DNA from: Pristiophorus japonicus
Taxonomy: Eukaryota
Direction: 5' to 3'
NCBI RefSeq assembly: GCF_044704955.1
Contig: NC_091988.1
Span: forward strand, 93,124,001-93,188,000
DNA length: 64,000 nucleotides
How positions within the stretch are numbered: position 1 is the first letter of the stretch; the number at the start of each line of letters is the position of its first letter. Under the pieces are notes generated by a model. That model had not been told where the DNA came from and did no database searches. It was given only the letters and a program-made list of their open reading frames with translations. A program made the translations under genes and the position numbers. Shown here one piece after another: positions 24,101 through 36,585 of the stretch.

Positions 24101-24950
24101 ACCTCATTGAAACGTTTAAAATTCTGATGGGTTTAGACAGGTTAGATGCAGGAAGAATGTTCCCAATGTTGGGGAAGTCCAGAACCAGGGGTCACAGTCT
24201 ACGGATAAGGGGTAAGCCATTTAAGACCGAGATGAAGAGGAACTTCTTCACCCAGAGAGTGGTGAACCTGTGGAATTCTCTACCACAGAAAGTTGTTGAG
24301 GCCAATTCATTAAATATATTCAAAAAGGAGTTTGATGTCGTCCTTACTACTAAGGGGATCAAGGGGTATGGTGAGAAAGCAGGAATGGGGTACTGAAGTT
24401 GCATGTTCAGCCATGAACTCATTGAATGGTGGTGCAGGCTAGAAGGGCCGAATGGCCTACTCCTGCACCTATTTTCTATGTTTCTCTGTTTCTAAGTCTC
24501 GCTCACCCATCACCTCTGTGCTCGCTGACCTACATTGGCTCCCTGTTACGCAACGCCTCGATTTCACAATTCTTATTCTTGTTTCCAAATCCCTCCATGG
24601 CCTCGCCTCTCCCTATCTCTGTAATCTCCTTCAGCCTCACAGCCCCCCGAGATATTTGCACTCCTCTAATTCTGCCCTCTTCAGCATCTCAACCATTGGT
24701 GGCTGTGGCTTCAGCTGCCTGGGCCCTAAGTTCTGGCACTCCCTCCCTAAACCTCTCTGCCTCTCTACCTCTCTTTCCTCCTTTAAGATGCTGCTTAAAA
24801 CCTACCTCTTTGACCAAGCTTTTGTTCATCTGCCGTAATTTTTTCTTATGTGGCTCGGTGTCAAATTTATTTGATTTGTCTTATAATACTCCTGTGAAGA
24901 CCCTTGGGATGTTTTATTATGTTAAAGGCGCTATATAAATACAAGTTGGT
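18150..24950 (+). mobile_element. L2 LINE (endonuclease + RT, degenerate), split by a CR1 at 20766-24493
   Basis: Endonuclease-like segment near 18320-18720, YRPISNLPF, KYADDTQLY. The sequence ...actcgcaccaagt at 20765 resumes as aagtctcgctcacccatc at 24494. L2 tail at ~24945. Confidence 0.9.
20766..24493 (+). mobile_element. Young CR1 LINE with ORF1 C-terminal part and near-intact ORF2
   Basis: ORF1 SGNH/GDSL esterase motifs (GDSIVRG, VVHIGTND, DGLHL). ORF2 endonuclease (LNARSIRNK, GDFN, SDHN) and RT ([20 protein letters not shown]). Only a few stops or shifts. TSD aagt at 20762-20765 and 24494-24497. Confidence 0.95.
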
Positions 24951-25399
24951 GGTGGAGAAATCCACGAGTTAGTCTGGCGTTATGTGGGCTGAGGTAGCTT
25001 GAGCCTTCCTTTCAAACCTTTTATTTGCTCTCGTGCAGGCAGAGTGGCCTTGGAGTGGGGGTGGCGGGGGGCCGGGGGGAAGGGAAGGCGGAAAGAAAGA
25101 GACTTTCCAGTCTCTGGGTTTGCGGCAAGGGTCACCGCCGTGTTAGGGTTTGGTATCGCAGTAAGAGGGAAGTTTGGAACTGGAGGACGTGGATCTGGAA
25201 TTTGAGTCCAGGGGACCGAGTGTGCACAAAACGAGCCTGTAGTGAGCACTGTGCTTGTGGCTCCTGCTTTACCTGCTGTTCAGCAAATGGCTGATAGGAT
25301 GGAACAGACTTTGGGCAGCCCAAGGGGCACAGAATGGAAATTTAGGATTAAAACAGAAAATTGTGGAATGACATGGGCAGCAGGCAAATTAGAGCACCA

Positions 25400-25640
25400 T
25401 CAGCTCCAGGTTCCCCTCCAAGTCACACACCATCCTGACTTGGAAATATATCGCCGTTCCTTCATCGTCGCTGGGTCAAAATCCTGGAACTCAACTCCCT
25501 CACAGCACTGTGCGAGCACCCTCACCACACGGGCTGCAGCGGTTCAAGAAGCAGCTCACCACCATCTTCTGAAGGGCAATTCGGGATGGGCAATAAATAC
25601 TAGCCTTGCCAGTGATGCCCATAGACCAGGAATGAATTAT
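25400..25640 (+). mobile_element. 3' end of the LINE family seen at 1-1367
   Basis: Reverse complement of window positions ~1-170 (gcggttcaagaag...gctcaccaccatcttct). Confidence 0.8.
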
Positions 25641-26124
25641 TAAAAGATAATAATTAAATGTTCTGCAGCAGATGCATGTCTGATGTGTCCATGGAACGAG
25701 AAGCATGCGTACATTTCACTAAAAAGCAACCAAAAACAAACCTTATTCCACTAGCTCTCAAATACCTGTCCCCCCAAAATCCCAGGGTCGATCAAATCCT
25801 TGAAAAAAAGTTTGGGTCCCATCAGTGGCCATATTGGCTTCCTATCCCATTATATACCCTTGAAAATCAAACTGAAAAATACACACAAACTAATCATTTC
25901 TATCCAACTTACCCTGAAATGCATCCATCCCACCTTCGAACACCTTCCCCACACTGGCTTTGGGCTTCTCCATTCCCAGAGCTTTGATCTTCAAGCTAGG
26001 CCCAGTTTATGGCACTTTCCATGCACCCCCATGACCGGAGAGCTTGTTGGCCCACTCTGCTGCCTTTTCAACCCTCGGTTTTCGCAAATACTTTCCCATT
26101 CTTCAGTGCAAAGGCAACAGCCGG

Positions 26125-26830
26125 TTGTGAATCGGTGCCCTGGCATTTATGCCTCAATCAACATCACTAAATACAGATTATCTGGTCATTATCACATTGC
26201 TGTTTGTGGGAGCTTGCTCTGCGCAAATTGGCTGCCGTGTTTCCTACATTGTTTCAGTGACTGCACTTCAAAAAGTTCTTCATTGGCTGCAAAGTGCTTT
26301 AGGACGTCATCATCATAAGCAGTCCCGCAAAATCGAGGAAGACTTGCTTCCGCTTCAAAAGTGAGTTCTCAGGTGACTGTACAGTCGAATTTGGGAATTA
26401 CAGTCTCTGTCACAGGTGGGACAGATAGTTGTTGAAGGAAAGGGTGGGTGGGGAGTCTGGTTTTCCGCACGCTCCTTCTGCTGCCTGTGCTTGATTTCTG
26501 CATGCTCTCGGCGTCGAGACTCGAGGTGCTCAGCGCCCTCCCGGATGCTCTTCCTCCATTTAGGGCGGTCTTGGGCCAGGGACTCCCAGGTGTCGGTGAG
26601 GATGTTGCAGTGTATCAGGGAGGCTTTGAGGGTGTCCTTGTAATGTTTCCTCTGCTTACCTGAGGCTCGTTTGCCATGTAGGAGTTCCACGTAGAGCGCT
26701 TGCTTTGGGAGTCTCGTGTCCGGCATGCGGACAATGTGGCCCGCCCAACGGAGCTGGTCGAGTGTGGTCAGTGCTGAGTGTGGACGTACTGAGGTTGTGA
26801 AAGACACTCTATAAATGCAAGTCTTTCCTT
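26125..26830 (+). mobile_element. Deu-SINE 3' half, split by an RTE element
   Basis: Deu core at 26140-26307. The tail resumes at 26782 (ggacgtactgaggttgtgaaag...ataaatgcaagtc). Confidence 0.8.
26308..26781 (-). mobile_element. 5'-truncated RTE-clade (BovB-like) LINE
   Basis: QLRWAGHIVRMPDTRLPKQ...KRASGKQRKHYKDTLK...CPTC...HLRTH; (GAT)n tail; TSD ggacgt at 26302-26307 and 26782-26787. Confidence 0.9.
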
Positions 26831-26849
26831 CATTCTTGAATGCGATTGT

Positions 26850-27037
26850 TCGCCACAATGTTGAAGGAGATTCAGTAATAACTTTCAAAAGGATATATTC
26901 CCCTTTCCTGAAAAGGAAAAGAATGCAATGCTATGGGGAAAGAGCAGGGATGTGGAACTGATTGGTAGCTCTTTCAAAGAGCCGGCACAGGCACGATGGG
27001 CTGAATGGCCTCTTTCATTGCTGTATGATTCTATGAA
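26850..27037 (+). mobile_element. CR1 3' tail fragment
   Basis: gatgggctgaatggcct...tatgattctatga terminus. Confidence 0.7.
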
Positions 27038-27687
27038 TGCCAAGTGTACCGGCTCCTCTACCAAAGAAGAATGTGTGAAGAGCATCAAAATACTGAAGAG
27101 GAAATGTCACCTGAGGCAACATTAATCAGGAATAGGCTGGGACAAAAACTATTGATAAGATCATTTTTAAATATTTGGATTGTCAATAGAATTTGGGATA
27201 AAATGGAAAGCAAGTGAATAGTTGGTGAATCTATTCGTACTGTACTGCATGGGTTCTCAAACTTTCTGCTTTCGAGCTCCCCTTCTGAGTGATAAAAATT
27301 CCTCGGACCCCCTGTTACACAACATGTATTTTTTCTGTATAAATATTAGATATTAATAGCTCTATTACACCTTGCATAAAGAAGAATTTATTAAATCCTA
27401 AGTTTACATAAGCAAAATTCCGCAGATGTTGGAAATTTTAAATATACCAAAATTCATTGGGACCTCATGATCAATAGTACAACCTTCCAGTGAATTGACA
27501 TGTTGTTCTAACTCCCTCTATAGGGTGAGCTGACACAAAATTCTGTGTCATCGATAGGTAGAGAAGGCCAGGATTTTAGTTCCTTACTCTTCTATGGTGT
27601 TCGCAGATCTCTGGCATTGCCCACATCATTCAGATGATGCGTTGATTTGTAACAAACCAATGAATGCATGTAACTGCAAAATGTTCT

Positions 27688-27902
27688 TGCCACTGGACCA
27701 AGCCCTAGCTCTGTCAAGCCCGTGTGGTGGCTGGTGTGCAACGGCCACCCCACGTTAAAAAAATTCACGCACAGGCACCTTCCACCCTTCAGGATGTAGT
27801 TCGGGTCCTTCATTGAAACACCTGTGAACTTGTTCTTTTTTTGCCGGTGGAAGCAAGTCATCCTCGTTTCGAGGGACCGCCCACGATGATGATGATGATG
27901 AC
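27688..27902 (+). mobile_element. Short non-autonomous retroposon with an RTE-type 3' tail
   Basis: Ends ggaagcaagtcatcctcg...gggaccgcc...(gat)n, like the RTE tail at 26308-26352, but the upstream body differs from that RTE. TSD aatgttct at 27680-27687 and 27903-27910. Confidence 0.75.
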
Positions 27903-28489
27903 AATGTTCTAAATATTTTGCTTTAAATTTGCCCGTCCCTTTAAGATTAAAATGTCTAATTGTTTTTCTGAGTCAGTTGAAAGCGAACAGTTGCTTGTGA
28001 GGGAGGTTTATTGCAGGCAGGTACAGTTCTGGCCCTCAGGGTAGAATAAACCAGTTTCATTTTTAAAAATTATTTCAACTTTCTTTTAGATGGTCCTTTA
28101 TAATCTCACTGTTGTGTATAGAAACAATGCTCAGGATTCACACCTGTTCCAGCGAACCAGCCGGCATCATTCCCAAAGAGACTGTGAATCTGGGATTCGA
28201 TTGTATGAACAGAATCTGCTACATTACATCATGGTTTGGGGAGATTTCTATGCGTTTGTAAGTTACGTGTCCCTCCGCCAGTGTGTGCTGATTTAGATCT
28301 GTGTAATTTCACACCTGGGAGGTTCTGTGTCGCATTGCACAGTTGTTCATTCACCTGCATAATGACCTTGCCATTATATGAAGCTGTTACCAAGAATTTG
28401 AGTAAGGAAAAGGACAACAGGCAAATATCATCGAGAATAACTGAAGAGCAGGAGAATGTTATATAAAATAAACTCAGGACTGCAGTATG

Positions 28490-29281
28490 TAAACACTGAG
28501 AATGATGGACAGTAGGGGGGGGGGGGTTACATTGAGAATGATCGACAGGAAGGGGGGGGTTACACTGAGAATGATGGACAGTCAGGGGGAGGGGTTACAC
28601 TGAGAATGATGGACAGTGGGGGGGGGTTACACTGAGAATGATGGACAGTCGGGGGGAGGGGTTACACTGAGAATGATGAACAGTAGGGGGGGGTTACACT
28701 GAGAATGATGGACAGTAGGGGGGAGGGGTTACACTGAGAATGATCGACAGGCAGGGGAGGGGTTACACTGAGAATGATCGACAGGCAGGGGGGAGGAGTT
28801 ACACTGAGAATGATGGACAGTCGGGGGGAGGGATTACACTGAGTGATGACAGTCAAGGGGGGAGGGGTTACACTGAGAATGATGGACAGTCGGGGGGGAG
28901 GGGGTTACACTGAGTGATGACAGTCGGGGGGGGGAGGGGTTACACTGAGAATGATGACAGTCAGTGGGGGAGGGGGGTTACACTGAGAATGATGGACAGG
29001 AAGGGGGAGGGGTTACACTGAGAATGATGACAGTCAGTGGGGGGAGGGAGGTTACACTGAGAATGATGGACAGGCAGGGGGAGGGATTACACTGAGAATG
29101 ATGGACCGTCAGTGGGGGAGGGGATACACTGAGACTGATGGACAGTCGGGGGGAGGGGTTACACTGAGAATGATTGACAGTCGGGGGGAGGGTTATACTG
29201 AGAATGATTGACAGTCGGGGGGAGGGTTACACTGAGAATGATTGACAGTCGGGGGGAGGGTTACATTGAGAATGATGGACA
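28490..29281. repeat. G-rich minisatellite, about 23 units of ~31-39 bp
   Basis: Core gttacactgagaatgatggacag followed by variable G-runs. Confidence 0.95.
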
Positions 29282-30098
29282 GCTGGTTGTTCAGTGCAGT
29301 GCGTTCCCAGCTGTTGGATGTTCTCCATGTCGCACACTGCCAGATGTTGATTACTCACTGCTCTCTGAGGACATGGAGCGCCGTGAAGGATACCCAGTTT
29401 GCAGAGTCATCACGGGATTGGCCTGTCATTCCAACCACAGTTGAGTTCCTATATTAAATGAAAATATTCCGTTTAATTTGAATTCATCTATTTATTCAAT
29501 GTGTGATCTGAACAGAATACATGATGAGAAGCTGTGGGTGATCCACTTCGGAGAGCTGACTGATAACTCGTTCACCACGCTCAGATTACGTGTTTTCTCT
29601 GATTTGTTTCTGGGGCTTTGTTTTTCCCTTTGCCCGCCTCCTTCTTTCCTGGAGATATTGTCTTCCTGTCTTCCTGAGCGGACATTATTTGCCCTCTCTC
29701 CCTCACCCAAGTGTCTTCGAATGAGAGTGCTGCCGCGCTATTCGATGTTCGTGAGCATCGTGTTCAAGTTTGATCCTGCCTCGACCTAGTCTTAAGGCAC
29801 ACTCACTTTCCAGTGGAGGTTACAGTGATCAGGAACCCAAGCTCATTTTCCCCATCCTTGGCCCAGGAGAGCTGAGGGCAACTGTGACGTGTCATTGTCT
29901 CTGTATGTGTGAGTGTCTTTCTTTATCTGCTTCCGTATACATGTGTCTCTCGGGCCGAGCGGTCCCAGGCACCGCTCCAAACCTGAAGGATGGCAATATC
30001 TAAAATGGCAGCTCCTCCGCGGAGACTCAGCAGCCATTCTGCACCGGCCTGTGGCTGCCACTTTCAGTCGGCCATGGGCCTTATAGAAAAGGGCAATC

Positions 30099-30560
30099 CT
30101 CTCACACACACACTCTGTCTCTCTCACACTCTCTGTCTCTCTCACACTGTCTGTCTCTCTTTCACACTCTGTCTTTCTCTCACACTGTCTCTCTCACACA
30201 CACTCTCTGTCTCTCTCACACTCTGTCTCTCTCACACTCTCTGTCTCTCTCACACTCTCTGTCTCTCTCACACTCTCTGTCTCTCTCTCACACTCTCTGT
30301 CTCTCTCTCACACTCTGTCTCTCTCACACTCTCTGTCTCTCTCACACTCTCTGTCTCTCTCTCTCACACTCTCTGTCTCTCTCTCACACACGCTCTGTCT
30401 CTCTCTCACACACGCTCTGTCTCTCTCTCACACATGCTCTCTCTCTCTCTCACACACGCTCTCTCTCTCTCTCACACACGCTCTCTCACACACACCCTCT
30501 CTGTCTCTCTCACACACACTCTCTCTCACACACACAATCTCTGTCTCTCTCACACACACA
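30099..30560. repeat. Compound (CT)n/(CA)n microsatellite
   Basis: Direct inspection. It explains the low-complexity ORF at 29990-30601. Confidence 0.95.
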
Positions 30561-30565
30561 TTCAA

Positions 30566-31158
30566 TCCATTCTGAGAAAGCAACGTAGCCAAGTTTGCTG
30601 ACGATATAAAGATGGAAGGAAAAGCAATGTGCGAGGAGGATACAAAAAATCTGCAAAAGCACATAGATAGGCTAAGTGAATGGGCAAAAATTTGGCAGAT
30701 GGAGTATAATGTTGGAAAGTGTGAAGTCATGCACTTTGGCAGAAAAAAAATCAAAGAACAGTTATTATTTGAATGAAGAAAGATTGCAAAGTGCTGCAGT
30801 CTAGCGGGACCTGGAGGTACTTGTGCTTGAAACACAAAAGGATAGTATGCAGGTACAGCAAGTGATCAGGAAGGCCAATGGAATCTTGGCCTTTATTGCA
30901 AAGCGGATGAAGTATAAAAGCAGGGAATTCTTGCTGCAGCTATACAGGGTATTGGTGAGGCCACACCTGGAATACTGCGTGCAGTTTTAGTTTCCATTTT
31001 TACGAAAGGATATACTTGCTTTAGAGGCAGTTCAGAGAAGGTTCACTAGGTTGACCCCGCAGATGAGGGGGTTGACTTATGAGGAAAGGTTGAGAAGGTT
31101 GGGCCTCTACTCATTGGAATTCAGAAGAATGAGAGGTGATCTTATCGAAACGTATAAG
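30566..31158 (+). mobile_element. CR1 RT C-terminal fragment
   Basis: KFADD (aagtttgctgacgat), aagtgtgaagtcatgcacttt, ccacacctggaatactgc. Stops abruptly at gaaacgtataag. Confidence 0.85.
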
Positions 31159-31159
31159 T

Positions 31160-31553
31160 GTATAAGAACATAAGAAATAGGAACATGAGTAGGCCATACG
31201 GCCCCTCGAGCCTGCTCCGCCATTCAATAAAATCATGGCCAATCTTCCCTGCCCACTCCCCATAACCCCTTATCCCCCTATCGTTCAAGAAACTGTCTAT
31301 TTCTGTCTTAAATATATTCAATATTCCAGCTTCCACAGCTCTCTGAGGCAGCAAATTCCACAGATTTTTAACCCTCTGAGAGAAGAAATTCCTCTTCTCT
31401 GTTTTAAATGTGCGGCCCCTCATTCTAAGATCATGCCCTCTAGTTCTAGTCTCCCCTATCAGTGGAAACATCCTCTCTGCATCCACCTTGTCAAGCCCCC
31501 TCATAATCTGCAGTGGGACAGAGACAGGCTAAGTGAGTGGGCAAAAATTTGGC
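31160..31553 (-). mobile_element. CR1 3' end with a short inverted 5' segment
   Basis: The minus-strand ORF reads MRGLDKVDAERMFPLIGETRTRGH, with the tail at ~31163. Positions 31507-31553 are plus-oriented CR1 RT sequence similar to 30648-30697. Confidence 0.75.
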
Positions 31554-32657
31554 CTTAGACAAACTCCTGGACGCATAGGCGACTGGTTGCAATGTTCCTG
31601 ATTCGTTAGCTTGTTGTAACATACACCTGACCCCGTATGAAGACGCATCGCAAGCTAGCACCAAACGTTTACATGGGTTATACAGAACAGGCAGTTTGTT
31701 GGGACATAACAGATTTCTGGCTTTCTCAAAAACAGCCTCTTATGATTTCCCCCATACCCAGTCGTCTCCCTTGCGTAACAGCACATGTAGGGGTTCTAGC
31801 AAGGTGCTTAACCCGGGTATGAAATTACCGAAATAGTTGAGGAGTCCCAGGAACGACTGCAGCTCCATCACGTTCTGTGATTTCGGCACGTTTGATGGCC
31901 TCCGACTTGGCGTCAGTGGATCTGATGCCGTCTCCCTAAGAACTCGACCGCTGGTGCCAGGAAAACACACTTAGAGCATTTCAACCTGAGTCCCACGCGA
32001 TCTAGCTGACTTAGAACCTCGTCCAAGTTTTGCAAGTGTTCAATGGTGTCTCGACGATGGTGTATCATCCTGGAAAACCATGGTGCGCGGAACCGACTTT
32101 AGCAGGCTCTCCATGTTCCTTTGGAAAATTGCTGCGGCCGAATCCCAAACAGGCATCTATTGTAGATGAACAGACCTTTGTGCGTATTGATGCAGGTGAG
32201 GCCTTTCGAAGATTCCACCAGCTCCTGTGTTCATGTAGGACGAGGTCAGGTCCAACTTGGTGAACATCTTTCCTCCAGCCAGGATCGCACATAGGTCGTC
32301 TGCCTTGGGTAGCGGGTATTGGTCCTGTAGCGAAAAATGGTTCATTGTTACTTTATAGTCCCCACAAATTCTGACCGTGCTGTCGCCTTTGAGAACCCGA
32401 ACAATTGGACAGGCTCACTTGTTGAACTCCACCGACGCAATGATGCCTTCTCACTGCAGCCTATCCAGCTCAATTTCCACTTTCTCTCGCATCATATATG
32501 GCCCGTGCCTTGTGGTGGATGGGTCGTGTACCAGGACCCAAGTGGATCTGCATCTTCATCCCTGTGAAACTTCCGATGCCTGGCTCAAAGAACGACGGGA
32601 ACTTTCTCAGTACCTGGGCACATGAGGCGTCATTGATGGACGAGAGCGCTCGGATGT

Positions 32658-35352
32658 GGTTAGGAAGGACATTAGTTGGGAATAGTTAGGAAGGACATTA
32701 GCTTGGATGATGTGGAATCTATATGGGTAGAGCTGCAGAACACCAAAGGGCAAAAAACGTTAGTGGGAGTTGTGTACAGACCTCCAAACAGTAGTAGTGA
32801 TGTTGGGGAGGGCATCAAACAGGAAATTAGGGGTGCATGCAATAAAGGTGCAGCAGTTATCGTGGGTGGCTTTAATATGCATATAGATTGGGCTAACCAA
32901 ACTGGAAGCAATACGGTGGAGAAGGATTTCCTGGAGTGCATAAGGTATGGTTTTCTAGACCAATATGTCGAGGAATCAACGAAGGGTGAGGCCATCTTAG
33001 TCTGGGTGTTGTGTAATGAGAGAGGATTAATTAGCAATCGTTGTGCGAGGCCCCTTGGGGAAGAGTGACCATAATATGGTGGAATTCTACATTAGGATGG
33101 AGAATGAAACAGTTAATTCAGAGACCATGGTCCAGAACTTAAAGAAGGGTAACTTTGAAGGTATGAGGCGTGAATTGGCTAGGATTGATTGGCAAATGAT
33201 ACTTAAGGGGTTGACAGTGGATGGGCAATGGCAGAAATTTAGAGACCGCATGGATAAACTACAACAATTGTACATCCCTGTCTGAAGTAAAAATAAAAAA
33301 GGGAAGATGGCTCAACCGTGGCTATCAAGGGAAATCAGGGATAGTATTAAAGCCAAGGAAGTGGCATACAAATTGGCCAGAAATAGCAGTGAATCCGGGG
33401 ACTGGAAGAAATTTAGAACTCAGCAGAGGAGGCCAAAGGGTTTGATTAGGGCAGGGAAAATAGAGTAGGAGAGGAAGCTTGCAGGGAACATTAAGATGGA
33501 TTGCAAAAGCTTCTATAGATATGTAAAGAGAAAAAGGTTAGTAAAGACAAACGTAGGTCCCCTGCAGTCAGAATCAGGGGAAGTCATAACGGGGAACAAA
33601 GAAATGGCAGACTAATTGAACAAGTACTTTGGTTCGGTATTCACTAAGGAGGACACAAACAACCTTCCGGATATAAAAAGGGTCAGAGGGTCTAGTAAGA
33701 AGGAGGAACTGAGGAAAATCCTTATCAGTCGGGAAATTGTTTTGGGGAAATTGATGGGATAAAGGCCGATAAATCCCCAGGGCCTGATGGACTGCATCCC
33801 AGAGTACTTAAGGAGGTGGCCTTGGAAATAGCGGATGCATTGACAGTCATTTTCCAACATTCCATAGACTTTGGATCAGTTCCTATGGAGTGGAGGGTAG
33901 CCAATGTAACCCCACTTTTTTAAAAAGGAGGGAGAGAGAAAACAGGGAATTATAGACCGGTCAGCCTGACATCGGTAGTAGGTAAAATGATGGAATCAAT
34001 TATTAAGGATGTCATAGCAGCGCATTTGGAAAGAGGTGACATGATAGGTCCAAGTCAGCATGGATTTGTGAAAGGGAAATCATGCTTGACAAATCTTCTG
34101 GAATTTTTTGAGGATGTTTCCAGTAGAGTGGACAAGGGAGAACCAGTTGATGTGGTGTATTTTGACTTTCAGAAGGCTTTCGACAAGGTCCCACACAAGA
34201 GATTAATGTGCAAAGTTAAAGCACATGGGATTGGGGGTAGTGTGCTGACATGGATTGAGAACTGGTTGTCAGACAGGAAGCAAAGAGTAGGAGTAAATGG
34301 GTACTTTTCAGAATGGCAGGCAGTGACTAGTGGGGTACCGCAAGGTTCTGTGCTGGGGCCCCAGCTGTTTACATTGTACATTAATGATTTAGACGAGGGG
34401 ATTAAATGTAGTGTCTCCAAATTTGCGGATGGCACTAAGTTGGATGGCAGTATGAGCAGCGAGGAGGATGCTATGAGGCTGCAGAGTGACTTGGATAGGT
34501 TAGGTGAGTGGGCAAATGCATGGCAGATGAAGTATAATGTGGATAAATGTGAGATTATCCACTTTGGTGGTAAAAACAGAGAGACAGACTATTATCTGAA
34601 TGGTGACAGATTAGGAAAAGGGGAGGTGCAATGAGACCTGGGTGTCATGGTACATCAGTTATTGAAGGTTGGCATGCAGGTACAGCAGGCGGTTAAGAAA
34701 GCAAATGGCATGTTGGCCTTCGTAGCGAGGGGATTTGAGTACAGGGACAGGGAGGTGTTACTACAGTTGTACAGGGCCTTGGTGAGGCCACACCTGGAGT
34801 ATTGTGTACAGTTTTGGTCTCCTAACTTGAGGAAGGACATTCTTGCTATTGAGGGAGTGCAGCGAAGGTTCACCAGATTGATTCCCGGGATGGCGGGACT
34901 GACATATCAAGAAAGACCGGATCAACTGGGCTTGTATTCACTGGAGTTCAGAAGAATGAGAGGGGATCTCATAGAAACGTTTAAAATTCTGACGGGTTTA
35001 GACAGGTTAGATGCAGGAAGAATGTTCCCAATGTTGGGGAAGTCCAGAACCAGGGGTCACAATCTAAGAATAAGGGGTAAGCCATTTAGGACTGAGATGA
35101 GGAGAAACTTCTTCACCCAGAGAGTGGTGAACCTGTGGAATTCTCTACCACGGAAAGTTGTTGAGGTCAATTCACTAAATATATTCAAAAAGGAGTTAGC
35201 TGTAGTCCTTACTACTAAGGGGATCAAGGGGTATGGCGAGAAAGCAGGAATGGGGTACTGAAGTTACATGATCAGCCATGAACTCATTGAATGGCAGTGC
35301 AGGCTCGAAGGGCCGAATGGCCTACTCCTGCACCTATTTTCTATGTTTCTAT
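32658..35352 (+). mobile_element. Young CR1 LINE, same subfamily as 20766-24493, 5'-truncated in the endonuclease
   Basis: Near-identical to 21830-24490. TSD gatgt at 32653-32657 and 35353-35357. Confidence 0.95.
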
Positions 35353-36585
35353 GATGTCGTCCCAGTTCCAGTGCATTTTCCCAGCCAACTTTTGCCGAAC
35401 AGTGTGGGGCCATCTCCTGGTACAATCCATAGTGGGAGTTCGTGCACTGCTCCATCATAGGAGTCTTTTACTGCTGCGCTGCCAATAACAGCTCTTTAGT
35501 GTAAGTTCTTAACTTGGTATGAATGGGGCTAAGCTTGGGCCTGTGTGCCTTGTTGCACCACAGACTGTCGAAGGCCTTTTTGCTCATGATAGATTGACTC
35601 GCACCGTGTCCAGTTCCATGGATACTGGAATTCCATCCAGTTCAAATTTTAGCATGATCAGTGGATATTTCGTGGTGAAGGTGTGTACCCCGTACACTTC
35701 TGCCTCCTCGGTTCGAGTCTCTAGTTCAGCCTGATCCACCACGGATCGATCCTCTTCTGCAATGTGGTGGTTTGCAGGGTTTGCAGCTCATCTGCACATT
35801 CGCTGGAGGTGTCCCATTGTTCCACAGCCTTTGCACACATAGTGTTTGAAGCGGCATTGATGGGCTCAATGATCACCTCCGCAGCACCAACAAGGTGTTA
35901 ACTGCCTCGCATTAACGATTGATGGCAGACTCTGGGTCATCTGAGGTCGTGCAGCTGCCGGTGTGTATGTTCTGCCATATGCATTCCTGCCTGAAAATGA
36001 AGTCACTTTGTGTACAGTGTTGCGAAATTTATTCAGTGTTATTGCTGGTGGACATAAATGCCTGGACTATCGTTATGGCTTTGCTCAGATTCGGTGTTTC
36101 AACAGTCAATAGTTTGCGAAGGATAACCTCATGGCCAATGCCAAGCACAAAGAAGTCTCTTAGCATTTGCTCAAGGAATCCATCGAATTTGAAATGTCCT
36201 GCAAGGCGCATCAGTTCGGCGACATAGCTTGCCACTTCCTGGCCTTCAGACTGTTGACACGTGTAGAATCGATACCTTGCCATCAAAATGCTTTCCTTCG
36301 GATTTAGGTGCTCCCGGACCAGCGTATACAGTTCTTCATAGGATTTGGTTGTTGGTTTCACAGGAGCTATAAGATTCTTTATGAGGCCATAGGTTGTTGC
36401 CCCACAGACGGTGAGGAGGATCGGCCTTCGTTTGGCAGTGTTCTCGTCCCCTTCCAGGAGTTGGCCACGGAGTATTGGTCGAGTCGCTCCACGAAGGTCT
36501 CCCAATCGTCCCCCTCTGAGAATTTCTCCAGGATACCAACAGTTCTTTGCATTTTCGTGTGGTTGTTCGTTATCTCGTCGCCAGT

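Noticed and set aside
28490-29281. Constant repeat with variable 'spacers'
   Set aside because: The variable parts are just G-run length variants, not unique spacers. This is a minisatellite.
29990-30601. 203-aa ORF
   Set aside because: It is a translation of the CT/CA microsatellite.
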